From Escherichia phage vB_EcoM_NBG1, in the sequence record MH243438.1: 64,000 bases of DNA. The stretch is one strand, 5' to 3'. The notes under the pieces are model-generated. The model had not been told where the DNA came from, ran no database searches, and saw only the letters and a program-made list of their open reading frames with translations. Position numbers and translations under genes: made by a program. Of this stretch, positions 43,994-56,200 are shown one piece after another (the first letter of the stretch is position 1; every line of letters starts with the position of its first letter).

Positions 43994-44183
43994 TTTTATC
44001 CATAACGATAGCGATTAAACCGATTAGAAATGCTACTACCAATGAGATAGAATTTTCTGTTGTTGTCAGTAGTCCACAAATGAATCCTACAAACATCGAA
44101 AAACTAAAAGCCATTGAAGCAATTACTACAGCAACATTACGAATCAGTTCAGCGCGTTTCATTTTATTTCTCCATTTACTCAT
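43977..44183 (-). CDS. small membrane protein
   Basis: 68 aa, one or two hydrophobic helices. Confidence 0.45.
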   Translation of the reverse strand: MSKWRNKMKRAELIRNVAVVIASMAFSFSMFVGFICGLLTTTENSISLVVAFLIGLIAIVMDKIAKGE

Positions 44184-44232
44184 TTGTTTTGATAGGACTA
44201 CTATAACATAGTCCTATCAGCATGTAAACTAC

Positions 44233-44520
44233 TTACAGAAGAGTTTTTGCAATAATTTTAAGCTGAGCTACAGAAATATGCTTAGCTTTAAACAGTGCAG
44301 TCTCTTCGGCCGGAGAGATAACAATAGTAGCGCCGTCTTTCTTAGCAGACCATCCATCCCCTAAGTAAACAGTACCTTTTACTTCTTCACCGTCAACCAG
44401 ACTAATCATTGGTTTACCCTCACGTCCTTTATTTGCTTTAATAACTTCGGAAGTAAGGGTTGCTTCGGTCAGAGTAGAAACGTTAGCAACAGGTGATATA
44501 AATTCTTTATAGGTTTTCAT
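44233..44520 (-). CDS. ipI: Internal protein I-like
   Basis: 95 aa starting MKTYKEFIS; positioned upstream of 57B as T4 ipI. Confidence 0.6.
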   Translation of the reverse strand: MKTYKEFISPVANVSTLTEATLTSEVIKANKGREGKPMISLVDGEEVKGTVYLGDGWSAKKDGATIVISPAEETALFKAKHISVAQLKIIAKTLL

Positions 44521-44597
44521 TTTATTTCCTTGAGGTTGTTTATTTGATAGGATGATAGTAACACACCATCATCCTTATGTAAACTGTTTTGTGAAAA

Positions 44598-45283
<686 letters not shown>

Positions 45284-45287
45284 TTTA

Positions 45288-46022
45288 TTACCTTAAGATT
45301 GTTTCAATTTTAGAATAAAGCTCTTCTAAAGAGCCGTCGTTTGTAATAACTAAATCGCCTTCTTCAATAGGCAACCCAGCTTCTGTAATATGTTTATCAG
45401 TGGATTCCGTACCAGAGCGAACCACATGAATAACTGTAGCACCCATCGCTCTAGCGGTTTCCATTTCATGGACTTGGCGTGTATCGGTCACAACATAGTA
45501 ATCGAAATCACTTCCAATATAATCCATATAGTTTAATGCAAAAAGTTTAACCCAATACATACGGTCAAATAAATTAACGACAACATCCGTACCGAGGGCT
45601 TGCATAAGACGGCGGATTGACCATGTGTCGTTGATATTATTTATAGCTTCACGCAGGGCTTCATATGGTTTAATATCTAGATACGAATATCCACCTTCTA
45701 ACGATGATAATACTTTAACATTATTAATCGGTAAATATTGACTTTGCAAATAAATTAGCGCTTCTTCCAATAATTCAATAACATCCAACTTATTGAGATT
45801 TAATGGTGTTTCACGGTCGTATCCAATGCCTTCAAAGTATTCGTATTTCAACTCTGTGAATACATCAGGATTTTCAGCATGTTTACGCCCCCAGGCTATT
45901 GCTAGAGCGTCTTTAATCGGATACGCCAATTGGTATTTTACGGATTTAAAGTTTGAATTGATGTAATCAGCAGTGGTGTCTTTACCACTACGTTTGATGC
46001 CACTTAAAAAGATTAGCTCCAT
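45288..46022 (-). CDS. 1: Deoxynucleoside monophosphate kinase gp1
   Basis: MELIFLSGIKRSGKDTTADYI... P-loop; close match to T4 gp1. Confidence 0.9.
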   Translation of the reverse strand: MELIFLSGIKRSGKDTTADYINSNFKSVKYQLAYPIKDALAIAWGRKHAENPDVFTELKYEYFEGIGYDRETPLNLNKLDVIELLEEALIYLQSQYLPINNVKVLSSLEGGYSYLDIKPYEALREAINNINDTWSIRRLMQALGTDVVVNLFDRMYWVKLFALNYMDYIGSDFDYYVVTDTRQVHEMETARAMGATVIHVVRSGTESTDKHITEAGLPIEEGDLVITNDGSLEELYSKIETILR

Positions 46023-46076
46023 AGGTTTTTCCTCATATAATTTATGAGTGATTATAACATACGGAGCTAGAAGCGA

Positions 46077-46667
46077 TTAACGCAAGGAAGGGTGTCTAGA
46101 AATGGATTTAGATTCGACTGCTTGACGTGGTTGTTGAGATACAATGACTTCACCATCCTTTTCTATCGTCATATACGCATAGTGAATAGTTGCTACGCAC
46201 GTAACGGCAGGGTCAGAGTCTTCGGTGTAACTAAATTCAATTTCACTCAAATCAGAAATCCATGGTTTATAGAAATTCGCCGTCAAAACTACTTCTGTCT
46301 TATTGTTATTTAAAATGTGCAAAGTAACAAACTCAGGACCATCGGAGTGGGCCGTATTATGTCCGGTTATATAGTTATTAGTGCTGAGCATCCATTTATA
46401 CATGTTCAACCAGGACGTCATGTCTTCATCAACTATAAATCGTACAATAAAAGGGTCATATTCAAATGTGGTGCCTGCACGCATTGCACGTCCTAACCCC
46501 ATCGTGCCTGTCACAGTTTCAACAACAGGAATTCTCACACCTGGCAATGGAGCTGTTTGGGCATTGAGCACAAAACCTGAAGTTCGTGTACTATCTGGGA
46601 TATCCACAACAAAGTTTGTTATATTTGTTTGGTTAAAAATCTGTCTCGTTGGACGAGTCATAAGCAC
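46077..46667 (-). CDS. 3: Tail completion/sheath stabiliser gp3
   Basis: Position between genes 1 and 2; start may be a few codons internal. Confidence 0.6.
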   Translation of the reverse strand: MLMTRPTRQIFNQTNITNFVVDIPDSTRTSGFVLNAQTAPLPGVRIPVVETVTGTMGLGRAMRAGTTFEYDPFIVRFIVDEDMTSWLNMYKWMLSTNNYITGHNTAHSDGPEFVTLHILNNNKTEVVLTANFYKPWISDLSEIEFSYTEDSDPAVTCVATIHYAYMTIEKDGEVIVSQQPRQAVESKSISRHPSLR

Positions 46668-46763
46668 CTCAAAAACGCTTTAATAAAAATGCAGTATAAT
46701 GGTTTTAGGTCTCTTCCATTAATCCGGTTCAACAGAATATCAGAAGAACGGAAGAGAATAGAA

Positions 46764-47585
46764 TTAAGATTTCCAAACAGTATTCGCGGAGAAACGTTTT
46801 CCTTTTGACATAAACTGCTGAGTAGGTAACATGATTATGTTAGCCCAGTCTTTAGGAGCTATTTCTGTTATTGTTCCTCTAATGTGGCCTGGCAGGTATG
46901 CTTTAATCATTTTGTCAGCACCTTGAAATCCTTTCACCTTGCTCCAGTCTATCTTCAACTTTGTGTTATTAGTAATAGTGGTTGTGCTAGCATATTGCTT
47001 CAGCAATTCTTCAAGAAACTGTTGTCGTGCTTTAGGTGGGATGTAGTGCAAGTTTAACCCATACATCAAATTATGTTTACCTAATCCTAAATAAATAATC
47101 AAAGGATATCTGTCCCAGTATGGCAGAGTATCTTTATGTTTAGCATCATACACGTAAGTATAAATTTTGCCTGGCGTAGGCTTGACTACTTTATGGCCTT
47201 TTACACTTTTCTTAATTGTTTCAACAAACCACTTAGATGATTTGTTGTTTACTGCTGCGCCTTCATTTCTAATCTTTTCTCGTATTGAACTGCGAAACGA
47301 GTTTATCATCAGAAGTTGACGTTCTTGCTTATTGAGTTTATTTTTAGGTTTAGATTCAAGCGTTTCAATTTTCTGTGCAGTCTTAATAGATGATGCATAT
47401 CTAGACATTGCAGATGTAAATGACGAGTATTTTATTCCTTTTGATTCTGCAAATGCTTTTGCAGTGATTCCTTTCTCTTTAGCTTTCTTGTATTCTAATC
47501 CTATCTCAATCCATTTTCTTTCATTCATAGACTGAGCAATCTTAGGGGCTTGTACGCCTTCAGATATAATTTGGAATATGCTCAT
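46764..47585 (-). CDS. 2: DNA end protector gp2
   Basis: 273 aa, position and size as T4 gp2. Confidence 0.7.
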   Translation of the reverse strand: MSIFQIISEGVQAPKIAQSMNERKWIEIGLEYKKAKEKGITAKAFAESKGIKYSSFTSAMSRYASSIKTAQKIETLESKPKNKLNKQERQLLMINSFRSSIREKIRNEGAAVNNKSSKWFVETIKKSVKGHKVVKPTPGKIYTYVYDAKHKDTLPYWDRYPLIIYLGLGKHNLMYGLNLHYIPPKARQQFLEELLKQYASTTTITNNTKLKIDWSKVKGFQGADKMIKAYLPGHIRGTITEIAPKDWANIIMLPTQQFMSKGKRFSANTVWKS

Positions 47586-47587
47586 AA

Positions 47588-48040
47588 TTACCCCTTGTAT
47601 CCGAGTTTTCTAAGACCATCTTCGGTTAGAACTCGAAATTTTATATTTCTCTTTTCAGCAACAGCTGAGGCAGCTTTCCATTTGTCACAGTTCACAGACC
47701 AGGTATATATTTCATTCATATAACGTTTCTTTGCTGCGGTAGTAAGATTTGCAGGCTTAATAGGTGGTTGAGTTTCTTTCTTTGGTTTTATTTCTACAAA
47801 GAACTCTTGACCTGATGCATCTTTCATCCATATGTCCATATAGTATCGACGTTTCTTACCTTCTGCGTTACAGAAATATGGAATTACTGCTGTTTCACTA
47901 CCCCATGCAATAATTTCTGGATTTTTATCCAACCATTCGAAAAAGAATTTTTCCCAGTTTGAACGATACGTTATTTTGGTATGGTCTCCACGGTATTTTT
48001 TTAAATTTTTTGGGACCCATTTACCAGAGTAGGCCATGTT
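47588..48040 (-). CDS. 4: Head completion protein gp4
   Basis: [18 protein letters not shown]... 150 aa from internal Met; near-identical to T4 gp4. Confidence 0.85.
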   Translation of the reverse strand, partial: NMAYSGKWVPKNLKKYRGDHTKITYRSNWEKFFFEWLDKNPEIIAWGSETAVIPYFCNAEGKKRRYYMDIWMKDASGQEFFVEIKPKKETQPPIKPANLTTAAKKRYMNEIYTWSVNCDKWKAASAVAEKRNIKFRVLTEDGLRKLGYKG

Positions 48041-48048
48041 GTCCTCCT

Positions 48049-48056
48049 TATAAATA
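48049..48056 (+). promoter_or_regulatory. Late promoter TATAAATA for gene 53
   Basis: Exact octamer ~43 nt upstream of gene 53 start. Confidence 0.6.
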
Positions 48057-48063
48057 GTATTAT

Positions 48064-48071
48064 TATTTATA
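48064..48071 (-). promoter_or_regulatory. Late promoter TATAAATA for gene 4 (divergent)
   Basis: Exact octamer on minus strand ~24 nt upstream of gene 4 start. Confidence 0.55.
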
Positions 48072-48098
48072 CCAATTTCATATTGGAAGGAGACTATC

Positions 48099-48674
48099 TT
48101 GTTATTTACATTCTTCGACCCAATAGGATATAGTGCTAAAACAGTTGATAAGAATGCACCTACTATTCCTATGACAGACATATTTCGTAACTATAAAGAG
48201 TACTTTAAGCGTGTTGCTGCCAATTATAGATTACGTTCTTATTATATTAAAGGCTCTCCACGTCCTGAAGAACTAGCTAATATCATTTATGGCAACCCGC
48301 AATTATACTGGGTTCTTTTGATGTGCAACGATAACTACGACCCGTATTATGGTTGGATTACATCTCAGGAAGCAGCGTATCAAGCTTCTATTCAGAAATA
48401 TGCTAATGCCGGTGGAGACCAAATTCTTTACCATATTAACGAGAACCGTGAGAAATTTTACAATTTAGTTTCATATCCAGACGAGCCTTTAGTGTGGTAC
48501 GATAAAGGTGATGAAGCTCGTAAGTATCCGCAATATAAAGGACCTTTAGCTGCAGTAGATATTTATGAAGCGGCTGTATTAGATAACGAAAAACTTCGTA
48601 AAATAAAAATTGTTGCAAAAGAAGATATAAACTCGTTTATTACTGATTTGATTCGTGAGATGGAGATTGCATAA
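48099..48674 (+). CDS. 53: Baseplate wedge protein gp53
   Basis: MLFTFFDPIGYSAKTVDKNAPTIPMTDIF...; apparent TTG initiation codon. Confidence 0.85.
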   Translation: MLFTFFDPIGYSAKTVDKNAPTIPMTDIFRNYKEYFKRVAANYRLRSYYIKGSPRPEELANIIYGNPQLYWVLLMCNDNYDPYYGWITSQEAAYQASIQKYANAGGDQILYHINENREKFYNLVSYPDEPLVWYDKGDEARKYPQYKGPLAAVDIYEAAVLDNEKLRKIKIVAKEDINSFITDLIREMEIA

Positions 48675-50407
48675 TGGAAATGATTAGCAGTAGCCTTAAT
48701 TGGTTCGTGGGTGTTGTCGAGGACAGAATGGACCCATTAAAACAAGGGCGAGTTCGAGTGCGAGTGGTTGGACTTCATCCCGCACAGAGAGTACAAGGCG
48801 ATGTGCAGGGTATTCCTACAGAAAAACTTCCATGGATGACTGTTATTCAACCTATTACGTCTGCATCAATGTCAGGTATTGGTGGTTCTGTTACAGGTCC
48901 TGTTGAAGGAACTCGAGTATATGGTCATTTCTTAGACAAATGGAAAACAAACGGGATTGTACTTGGTACATACGGCGGAATCGTACGTGAAAAGCCTAAT
49001 AGACTTGAAGGTTTTTCAGACCCGACAGGCCAATATCCGCGACGTTTAGGTAATGATACGAACGTATTAAACCAAGGTGGTGAAGCTGGTTATTATTCGA
49101 ACTCTAACGTAATTCAAGATAACAACTTGGATTATGGTATAAACCCAGACGATACAGATTTAGCAAATATTCCAGAAGATGATGACCCTAATTTTACAAT
49201 AACAGAAATGTTACGTCGTGACGAAGGTCTTCGTGATAAAGTGTATTGGGACCATCTCGGATATCCTACCGTAGGTATTGGACACCTTATCGTAATGGAA
49301 AAGACCCGAGATATGTCTCGAATTAATAAATTGTTATCCGATCAAGTAGGGCGTGAAGTAACAGGAAATCCGGGAACTATTACATTAGAAGAAGCAACAG
49401 CGTTATTTGAGAAAGACCTTGCTAAGATGCAGAAAGACATTCGTTCTAATTCTAAAGTAGGTCCTGTTTATGCTAAAATGAACAGGTCTCGTCAAATGGC
49501 ATTAGAAAACATGTGTTTCCAAATGGGCGTTGGTGGTGTAGCAAAATTCAATACTATGCTTAAAGCAATGGCCACAGGCGATTGGAAAACTGCATACAAA
49601 TCTGGACGCGATTCATTATGGTTCCAACAGACTAAAGGACGCGCTTCACGTGTAACAACAATTATTTTAACCGGTAACATGGAATCATACGGTGTTCCTG
49701 TTAAAACTCCGCCTTCACCAGGAGTTGGTGCCGATTTAGTTACTAGAAATACCGATCCAGAAGACCCGGCCGGTCCTCCTGTTCCATTAGATTCACGTAT
49801 CCTTTTTAAAGAACCAGAATCAAGTTATCGTGGTGAGTATCCATACGTTCATGCTATGGAAACAGAAAGTGGTCATATCCAAGAATTTGACGATACTCCA
49901 GGTAATGAACGTTATCGCTTAGTTCATCCAACAGGGTCATATGAGGAAGTTTCTCCATCCGGCCGTCGTACTCGTAAAACTGTAGAAGACCTTTTTGACA
50001 TCACTAATGGCGATGGGAACTTTTTGATTTCTGGCGATAAGCTTGTTAACGTTGGTGCTAATGAAATATATTATAACATGGCAGACCGCCTCCATCAAAT
50101 AGACGGCAATGACACAATCTTTATTCGTGGTAACCAATCTAAAACTGTTGAAGGCGATGGAACTCTTTACGTTAAGGGTAATATCAAAATAGTTGTTGAC
50201 GGAAATGCAGATATTCTTGTTAAAGGTGATGCTAAAACTCAGGTCGAAGGGAATCATGATTACACCGTCAACGGAAACGTTAAATGGACTGTTAATGGTA
50301 ATGTTGATATGACTGTTGCCGGGGATTGGGCAGAAACAATGTCTACAATGAGCTCAGTAGCTTCAGGACAATACACCGTTGACGGATCTCGTATTGATAT
50401 TGGGTAA
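48674..50407 (+). CDS. 5: Baseplate hub/cell-puncturing protein gp5 with lysozyme domain
   Basis: 577 aa; OB-fold N-terminus, lysozyme domain (DEGLRDKVYWDHLGYPTVGIGHL), C-terminal beta-helix repeats. Confidence 0.9.
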   Translation: MEMISSSLNWFVGVVEDRMDPLKQGRVRVRVVGLHPAQRVQGDVQGIPTEKLPWMTVIQPITSASMSGIGGSVTGPVEGTRVYGHFLDKWKTNGIVLGTYGGIVREKPNRLEGFSDPTGQYPRRLGNDTNVLNQGGEAGYYSNSNVIQDNNLDYGINPDDTDLANIPEDDDPNFTITEMLRRDEGLRDKVYWDHLGYPTVGIGHLIVMEKTRDMSRINKLLSDQVGREVTGNPGTITLEEATALFEKDLAKMQKDIRSNSKVGPVYAKMNRSRQMALENMCFQMGVGGVAKFNTMLKAMATGDWKTAYKSGRDSLWFQQTKGRASRVTTIILTGNMESYGVPVKTPPSPGVGADLVTRNTDPEDPAGPPVPLDSRILFKEPESSYRGEYPYVHAMETESGHIQEFDDTPGNERYRLVHPTGSYEEVSPSGRRTRKTVEDLFDITNGDGNFLISGDKLVNVGANEIYYNMADRLHQIDGNDTIFIRGNQSKTVEGDGTLYVKGNIKIVVDGNADILVKGDAKTQVEGNHDYTVNGNVKWTVNGNVDMTVAGDWAETMSTMSSVASGQYTVDGSRIDIG

Positions 50408-50410
50408 TAT

Positions 50411-50926
50411 ATGGCACAAATACTTCCTTTAAATACCGACTTAGGAGAAGACATGGAAGGGGCGTCTATTGACGTCCTTTTTACTCCACAGTTAGAAACA
50501 ACCGAAACTTTGGTGTCAATAAATATAACAGATTATGAACCGACACAAGGCATTACGGTAGATGGTAATCGTTTATATGGAACATATGAAAGTGTGTTTA
50601 GCTTTTCTTCGGACGCATTGAAATACCGATTAAATGATGATTTTGAAACTGCATCTTCATGGGATGATTTACCAAAAGATGAGTCTACACAGTTATATTT
50701 GTGGAGAGCTCCTCAGAATCTTCGTAAAGTGTTTAGTTATACGGTTGAAATGATTTATAACTACCAAGAAGAAAGTTCATCAGGCGGTTCTAGAAGTGAC
50801 TCTGGTACAGAACCTCCACCGGCTCCAGTACAAAAAACTCTTACTAAGGTTTATACAAAAACTATAGTAGGAAATTGGAGCAAATGGGCTCATCAATTAC
50901 GAAACTATGTTTATGTGAGGCCGTGA
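50411..50926 (+). CDS. gp5.1-like protein
   Basis: 171-aa ORF after gene 5. Confidence 0.55.
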   Translation: MAQILPLNTDLGEDMEGASIDVLFTPQLETTETLVSINITDYEPTQGITVDGNRLYGTYESVFSFSSDALKYRLNDDFETASSWDDLPKDESTQLYLWRAPQNLRKVFSYTVEMIYNYQEESSSGGSRSDSGTEPPPAPVQKTLTKVYTKTIVGNWSKWAHQLRNYVYVRP

Positions 50927-50928
50927 AA

Positions 50929-51222
50929 ATGTCTGGCTTAAGTTACGACAAGTGCGTTACAACAGGTCATGAAGCATGGCCTCCTACTGTAATAAATGCT
51001 TCCCAATCTAAAGTGTTCACCGGCGGTATTCCTGTTCTTGTGGCAGGAGACCAAATAACACCTCATACAGAAATTAAAAAACCATACGAGACTCATGGAG
51101 GTGTTACTGAACCTCGTACATCTAAAGTATACGTCACCGGTAAAAAGGCCGTTCAAATGGCTGACCCAATTTCATGCGGGGATACTGTTTCTCAGGCCTC
51201 GTCAAAAGTCTTTATAAAATAG
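50929..51222 (+). CDS. 5.4: PAAR-repeat spike-tip protein gp5.4
   Basis: 97 aa from [16 protein letters not shown]...; small Gly/Pro-rich PAAR-like fold. Confidence 0.7.
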   Translation: MSGLSYDKCVTTGHEAWPPTVINASQSKVFTGGIPVLVAGDQITPHTEIKKPYETHGGVTEPRTSKVYVTGKKAVQMADPISCGDTVSQASSKVFIK

Positions 51223-51230
51223 GAATTAAA

Positions 51231-53204
51231 ATGGCAAACACTCCTGTAAATTATCAATTAACCCGAACAGCGAATGCTATTCCCGAGATTTTTATCGGGG
51301 GCACATTTGCCGAAATCAAACAGAACATTATCGAATGGCTTAATGGGCAGAATGAATTTCTTGATTATGATTTTGAAGGTTCGCGTTTAAACGTATTGTG
51401 TGACCTTTTAGCATATAACACTCTTTACATCCAACAGTTCAGTAATAGTGCAGTGTATGAAAGTTTTATGCGTACTGCAAACTTGCGTAGTTCTGTTGTA
51501 CAAGCGGCTCAAGATAACGGATATCTGCCTTCATCTAAATCAGCGGCACAAACAGAAATTATGCTCACATGTACGGATGCATTAAATAGAAACTATATCA
51601 CCATTCCGCGTGGCACTCGTTTCTTAGCATACGCTAAAGATACTTCTGTTAACCCGTATAACTTTGTTTCTACTGAAGATGTCATTGTAGTTAAAGACAA
51701 AAATAACCAATATTTCCCACGTCTTCGATTAGCTCAGGGTCGTATTGTTCGCACTGAATTAACATTTGATAGATTAAAACCTATCATTATTCGTGATAAG
51801 AATATTGACCGTAATTTGGTTAAGTTGTATGTTGACGGGGCAGAATGGATTAACTGGACTCGTAAGTCGATGGTTCACGCTGGTTCTACGTCAACAATCT
51901 ATTATATGCGTGAAACAGTTGATGGGAACACCGAATTTTATTTTGGTGAAGGCGAAATCTCTATTAACACGTCAGAAGGTGCGTTAACATCTAACTATAT
52001 TGGTGGCCTTAAACCTGTTCAGGGTTCTAAAATCGTAATTGAGTATATTTCTACTAATGGCGCAGATGCTAACGGTGCTGTAGGATTTTCTTATGCTGAT
52101 ACATTAGCTAATATCACGGTAATCGATATTAATGAGAACCCTAGCAATAACCCAGACTTTGTCGGGGCCGATGGTGGCGGTGACCCTGAAGATATTGAAC
52201 GTATCCGCGAATTAGGCACAATTAAACGCGAAACTCAACAACGTTGTGTAACCGCTTCCGACTATGACACATTCGTCTCTGAGCGGTTTGGTTCTATTAT
52301 TCAAGCGGTTCAAACATTCACAGATTCATCTAAACCAGGGTACGCATATATTGCTGCTAAGCCTAAATCTGGATTGTATTTGACTTCTGTCCAACGCGAT
52401 GATATCAAAAACTATTTGAATGATTATAACTTAGGGACTATTACACCTGTTGTTATTTCGCCTGATTATTTGTTTATCAAAATGAATATCAAAGTTACAT
52501 ACGCGTTGAATAAACTCCAAGAATCAGAACAATATCTTGAAGGGCAGATTATTAATAAAATAGACCGTTATTATATTGAAGATGTAGAAATTTTTAACTC
52601 ATCGTTTGCAAAATCTAAAATGCTAACTTATGTCGATGATGCAGATATTTCTATTATTGGTTCTTCAGCTACTATTCAAATGGTTCGCGAAGTACAAAAC
52701 TTCTATAAAACGCCTGAGGCCGGTATTAAATACAATAATCAGATTAAAGATAGATCGATGGAATCTAATATATTCTCGTTTGATTCGCACAGACCTAATC
52801 CAGAAAATGCAAACGAAACTATTAAATATGGTGTTCGCATAGTATCTTCTGACCGTAATGACCGTGGCATAGGTCAAGTTATTATTGGTCCATTTGCAGA
52901 CGGTGATGTTGTTGAAAACGAAAATATACAACCTTATACAGGTAATGATTTTAATAAACTTACTGTTACTGACGGACGAAACAAATACTATTCAATTGGT
53001 GAAGTGAATTATCCTGCCGATTCGATTTATTGGAACATTGCTAAAATTGACCTCACTTCAGACCGTTTTGAAGTTCAAACAATTGAACTTTATTCCGACC
53101 CTGCAGATGATATTATTTTTACAAAGGATGGTTCTTTAATCGTATTCGAAAATGACTTACGTCCTCAGTACTTAACTATAGATTTGGAGCCTATTTCACA
53201 ATGA
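51231..53204 (+). CDS. 6: Baseplate wedge protein gp6
   Basis: MANTPVNYQLTRTANAIPEIFIGGTFAEIKQN... matches T4 gp6 N-terminus. Confidence 0.9.
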   Translation: MANTPVNYQLTRTANAIPEIFIGGTFAEIKQNIIEWLNGQNEFLDYDFEGSRLNVLCDLLAYNTLYIQQFSNSAVYESFMRTANLRSSVVQAAQDNGYLPSSKSAAQTEIMLTCTDALNRNYITIPRGTRFLAYAKDTSVNPYNFVSTEDVIVVKDKNNQYFPRLRLAQGRIVRTELTFDRLKPIIIRDKNIDRNLVKLYVDGAEWINWTRKSMVHAGSTSTIYYMRETVDGNTEFYFGEGEISINTSEGALTSNYIGGLKPVQGSKIVIEYISTNGADANGAVGFSYADTLANITVIDINENPSNNPDFVGADGGGDPEDIERIRELGTIKRETQQRCVTASDYDTFVSERFGSIIQAVQTFTDSSKPGYAYIAAKPKSGLYLTSVQRDDIKNYLNDYNLGTITPVVISPDYLFIKMNIKVTYALNKLQESEQYLEGQIINKIDRYYIEDVEIFNSSFAKSKMLTYVDDADISIIGSSATIQMVREVQNFYKTPEAGIKYNNQIKDRSMESNIFSFDSHRPNPENANETIKYGVRIVSSDRNDRGIGQVIIGPFADGDVVENENIQPYTGNDFNKLTVTDGRNKYYSIGEVNYPADSIYWNIAKIDLTSDRFEVQTIELYSDPADDIIFTKDGSLIVFENDLRPQYLTIDLEPISQ

Positions 53205-56200
53205 CAGTAAAAGCGCCAGCAGTCACAAGTCTCAGAATATCCAAGTTGTCCGCTAACCAAGTTCAAATACGCTGGGATGACGTTGGTGCTAATTTCTACT
53301 ATTTCGTAGAAATCGCTGAGACTAAAACGGCAGACGGGGAAATAATTCCCCCTGCCAGCTACAGATGGATAAATTTAGGATATACTCCTAATAGCAACTG
53401 GTTCGAAAGTAGCTTAGACCCATTAACTTCTTATATTATTCGTGTATCAACTGCCGCCGAAGGCTTCGAGAGATCTGATTGGGTATATACCGAAATATTT
53501 GAATCATTTCAGACTAACGCGTATACATTTCAACATATGATTGAAATGCAATTGGCTAACACTTTTATTAGAGAAAAATTTACAAATAACAACATGGCTT
53601 ATGTCGATTTTAATAACGACACTATAATGGCAGCTCTAATGAATGAATCGTTCCAATTTAGCCCTGCTTATGCGGATATTTCATCTATTAAAAATTTCAT
53701 TATTGGCGAAAATGAGTATCATGAAATTCAAGGTTCGATTCAACAGGTGTGTCATGATATAAACCGTGTTTATTTGATGGAATCCGAAGGAATTCTTTAT
53801 TTGTTTGAACGGTATCAGCCCGTGGTTAAAGTCTCTAATGATAAGGGACAAACCTGGAAATCGGTTAAATTGTTTAATGACCGTGTAGGGTACCCTGTAT
53901 CAAGAACAGTGTATTACCAGACAGATTACACCACGTATGTTCTTGGGTATGATAAGTTATTTTACGGTCGTAAATCAACTGACGTTCGTTGGTCTGCTGA
54001 TGATGTGAGATTTAGTTCTCAAGATATAACATTTGCTAAAATTGGTGACCAGTTAAATTTAGGATTTGACGTAGAAATATTTGGTAACTACGCATCATTA
54101 CCTGCTAACGTATCACGTATTGCAGAAGCTATCGTTTGCAATGACGATTATGTGTACGTCGCTGCTCGAGATAAAGTTCGTTTTATTAAAACTAGTAATG
54201 CCCCTATTGATTCAGACCCGTTATCTCCGACATATTCCGAACGTTTGTTTGAACAAGAAACATTTAACATCACAGGTAACCCTAAGGCAGTTTGCTATAA
54301 AATGGATTCTGTCGGTGGTAAAATATTTGCACTGATTATCGGCGAAGTTGTTAATCTTAACGACGACCCGAGGACCACTCCTATTGTTGATTCTGCTGAT
54401 AAGGGTGTTTACGTTCTAGACCATGATGCTGGCACATTTAAACGTGTGTTTGGTAATACTGAAGAAGAACGTCGTCGTATTGAACCTGGGTACACCAGTA
54501 TGTCTACTGATGGTGTTGAGTTATCTATTTCATCTAGTAATTTTAAATTTCTAGAATCGGATATTGTTGATGACCCAAAAACACAAATCAAGTACGGTTT
54601 AATCGGTGCTGTTAAATATGAGTATCCTCGCGAATGGTTGGCTGATAAACATTATCATATGATGGCATTTATTTCAACTGAAGACTCTCAATGGGAATCG
54701 TTCACTCCTCAACCGATGGAATACTATGCTGAGCCATTCTTTAGTTATTCTAGAAAGTCCGGTACTCGATGTTGGATTAATAACTCAGACAAGGCTGTTG
54801 TAATTTATTCTGATTTACTTTACACTAAGGTTATTGAGAATCATCCACTTAGTTCTTCAGACCGTGAAGTTCATGAATATTGGAAGGACGGTGACTGTAC
54901 AATAGTGATGCCTAACGTAGATTTCACCGGATTTAAAAAATATGCATCCGGCATGATTTTCTATAAATCATCAGGTGAGATTATTTCTTATTATGATTTT
55001 AGTTATCGTGTTAGAGATAATGTTTCTATAATTTGGAAGCCTACTAATATATTCTTAACAGCATCGTTACAAAACCAAGAAAAAGATACCACATGGACTC
55101 CTGTAGAAGAGAACGGTATTGCAGACCCAGATTTACGACCATTGCTCACTACAATGATGCCGGAGTCTTATCTTTTAGATAATACAAACTTCGAAGCATT
55201 CTGCGAGGCTTATATTCAGTATCTTTCTGACGGTTATGGGACTCATTATAACAACCTTTTAAATCTTATTAAAAATCAATATCCGCGAGAAGAACATGCG
55301 TGGGAATATTTATGGTCTGAGATTTATAAACGAAACATTTACTTAAACGCCGAAAAACGCGACTTAGTGTCTCGTTTCTTTGAATCAAGAAGTTATGACT
55401 TCTATTCAACTAAAGGAACTGAAGCATCATATAAATTCTTGTTTAAAGTGCTTTATAACGAAGATGTTGAAATTGAAATTGAATCTAGTTCCGGGACCGA
55501 ATATGATATCATCATTGAATCTGATTCGTTGACAGAAGATTTGGTCGGACAAACCATATACACCGCTACAGGACGTTGTAATGTGACGTATATCGAGAGA
55601 AGTTACTCTAAAGGTAAATTACAATGGACTGTAACAATTCACAACCTCTTAGGTCGTTTAATCCAAGGACAGGAAGTTAAAGCTGAAAGACTCCCTGGTT
55701 TTGAAGGTGAAATTGTTCGTGGTATTAAAGGTAAAGAGCTTTCTCAGAACAACATCGATTACATAAATCGTGGTAGAGCATACTACGTAATGAAGATTAA
55801 ATCTAAACTTCCATCATCTCGTTGGAAATCAGACGTATTACGTTTTGTTCATCCGGTTGGATTTGGATTTATCGCAATTACCCTTCTCACAATGTTTATT
55901 AACACCGGATTAACACTTAAACATGTTGAAACCATTATTAATAAATACAAAAACTATAAGTGGGATTCTGGATTACCGACTAAATATGCAGACCGAGTGG
56001 CTAAATTAGACCCACAAGGAAATGTTGAGTTTGACCCTATTACAGGTAAAGCGATATATGAAATAGGCCCTATGGCTGGTCAAGATTATCCATTGCCTGA
56101 AGATTATAACGCTGAAAACAATAACTCCATATTTCAAGGTCAACTTCCATCGGAACGACGTAAATTGATGAGCCCATTATTTGATGCGTCCGGAACAACA

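Noticed and set aside
51211-51223. tttataaaatagg upstream of gene 6 as a late promoter
   Set aside because: Reads TATAAAAT, not the strict TATAAATA octamer; possibly a weak variant but not called.
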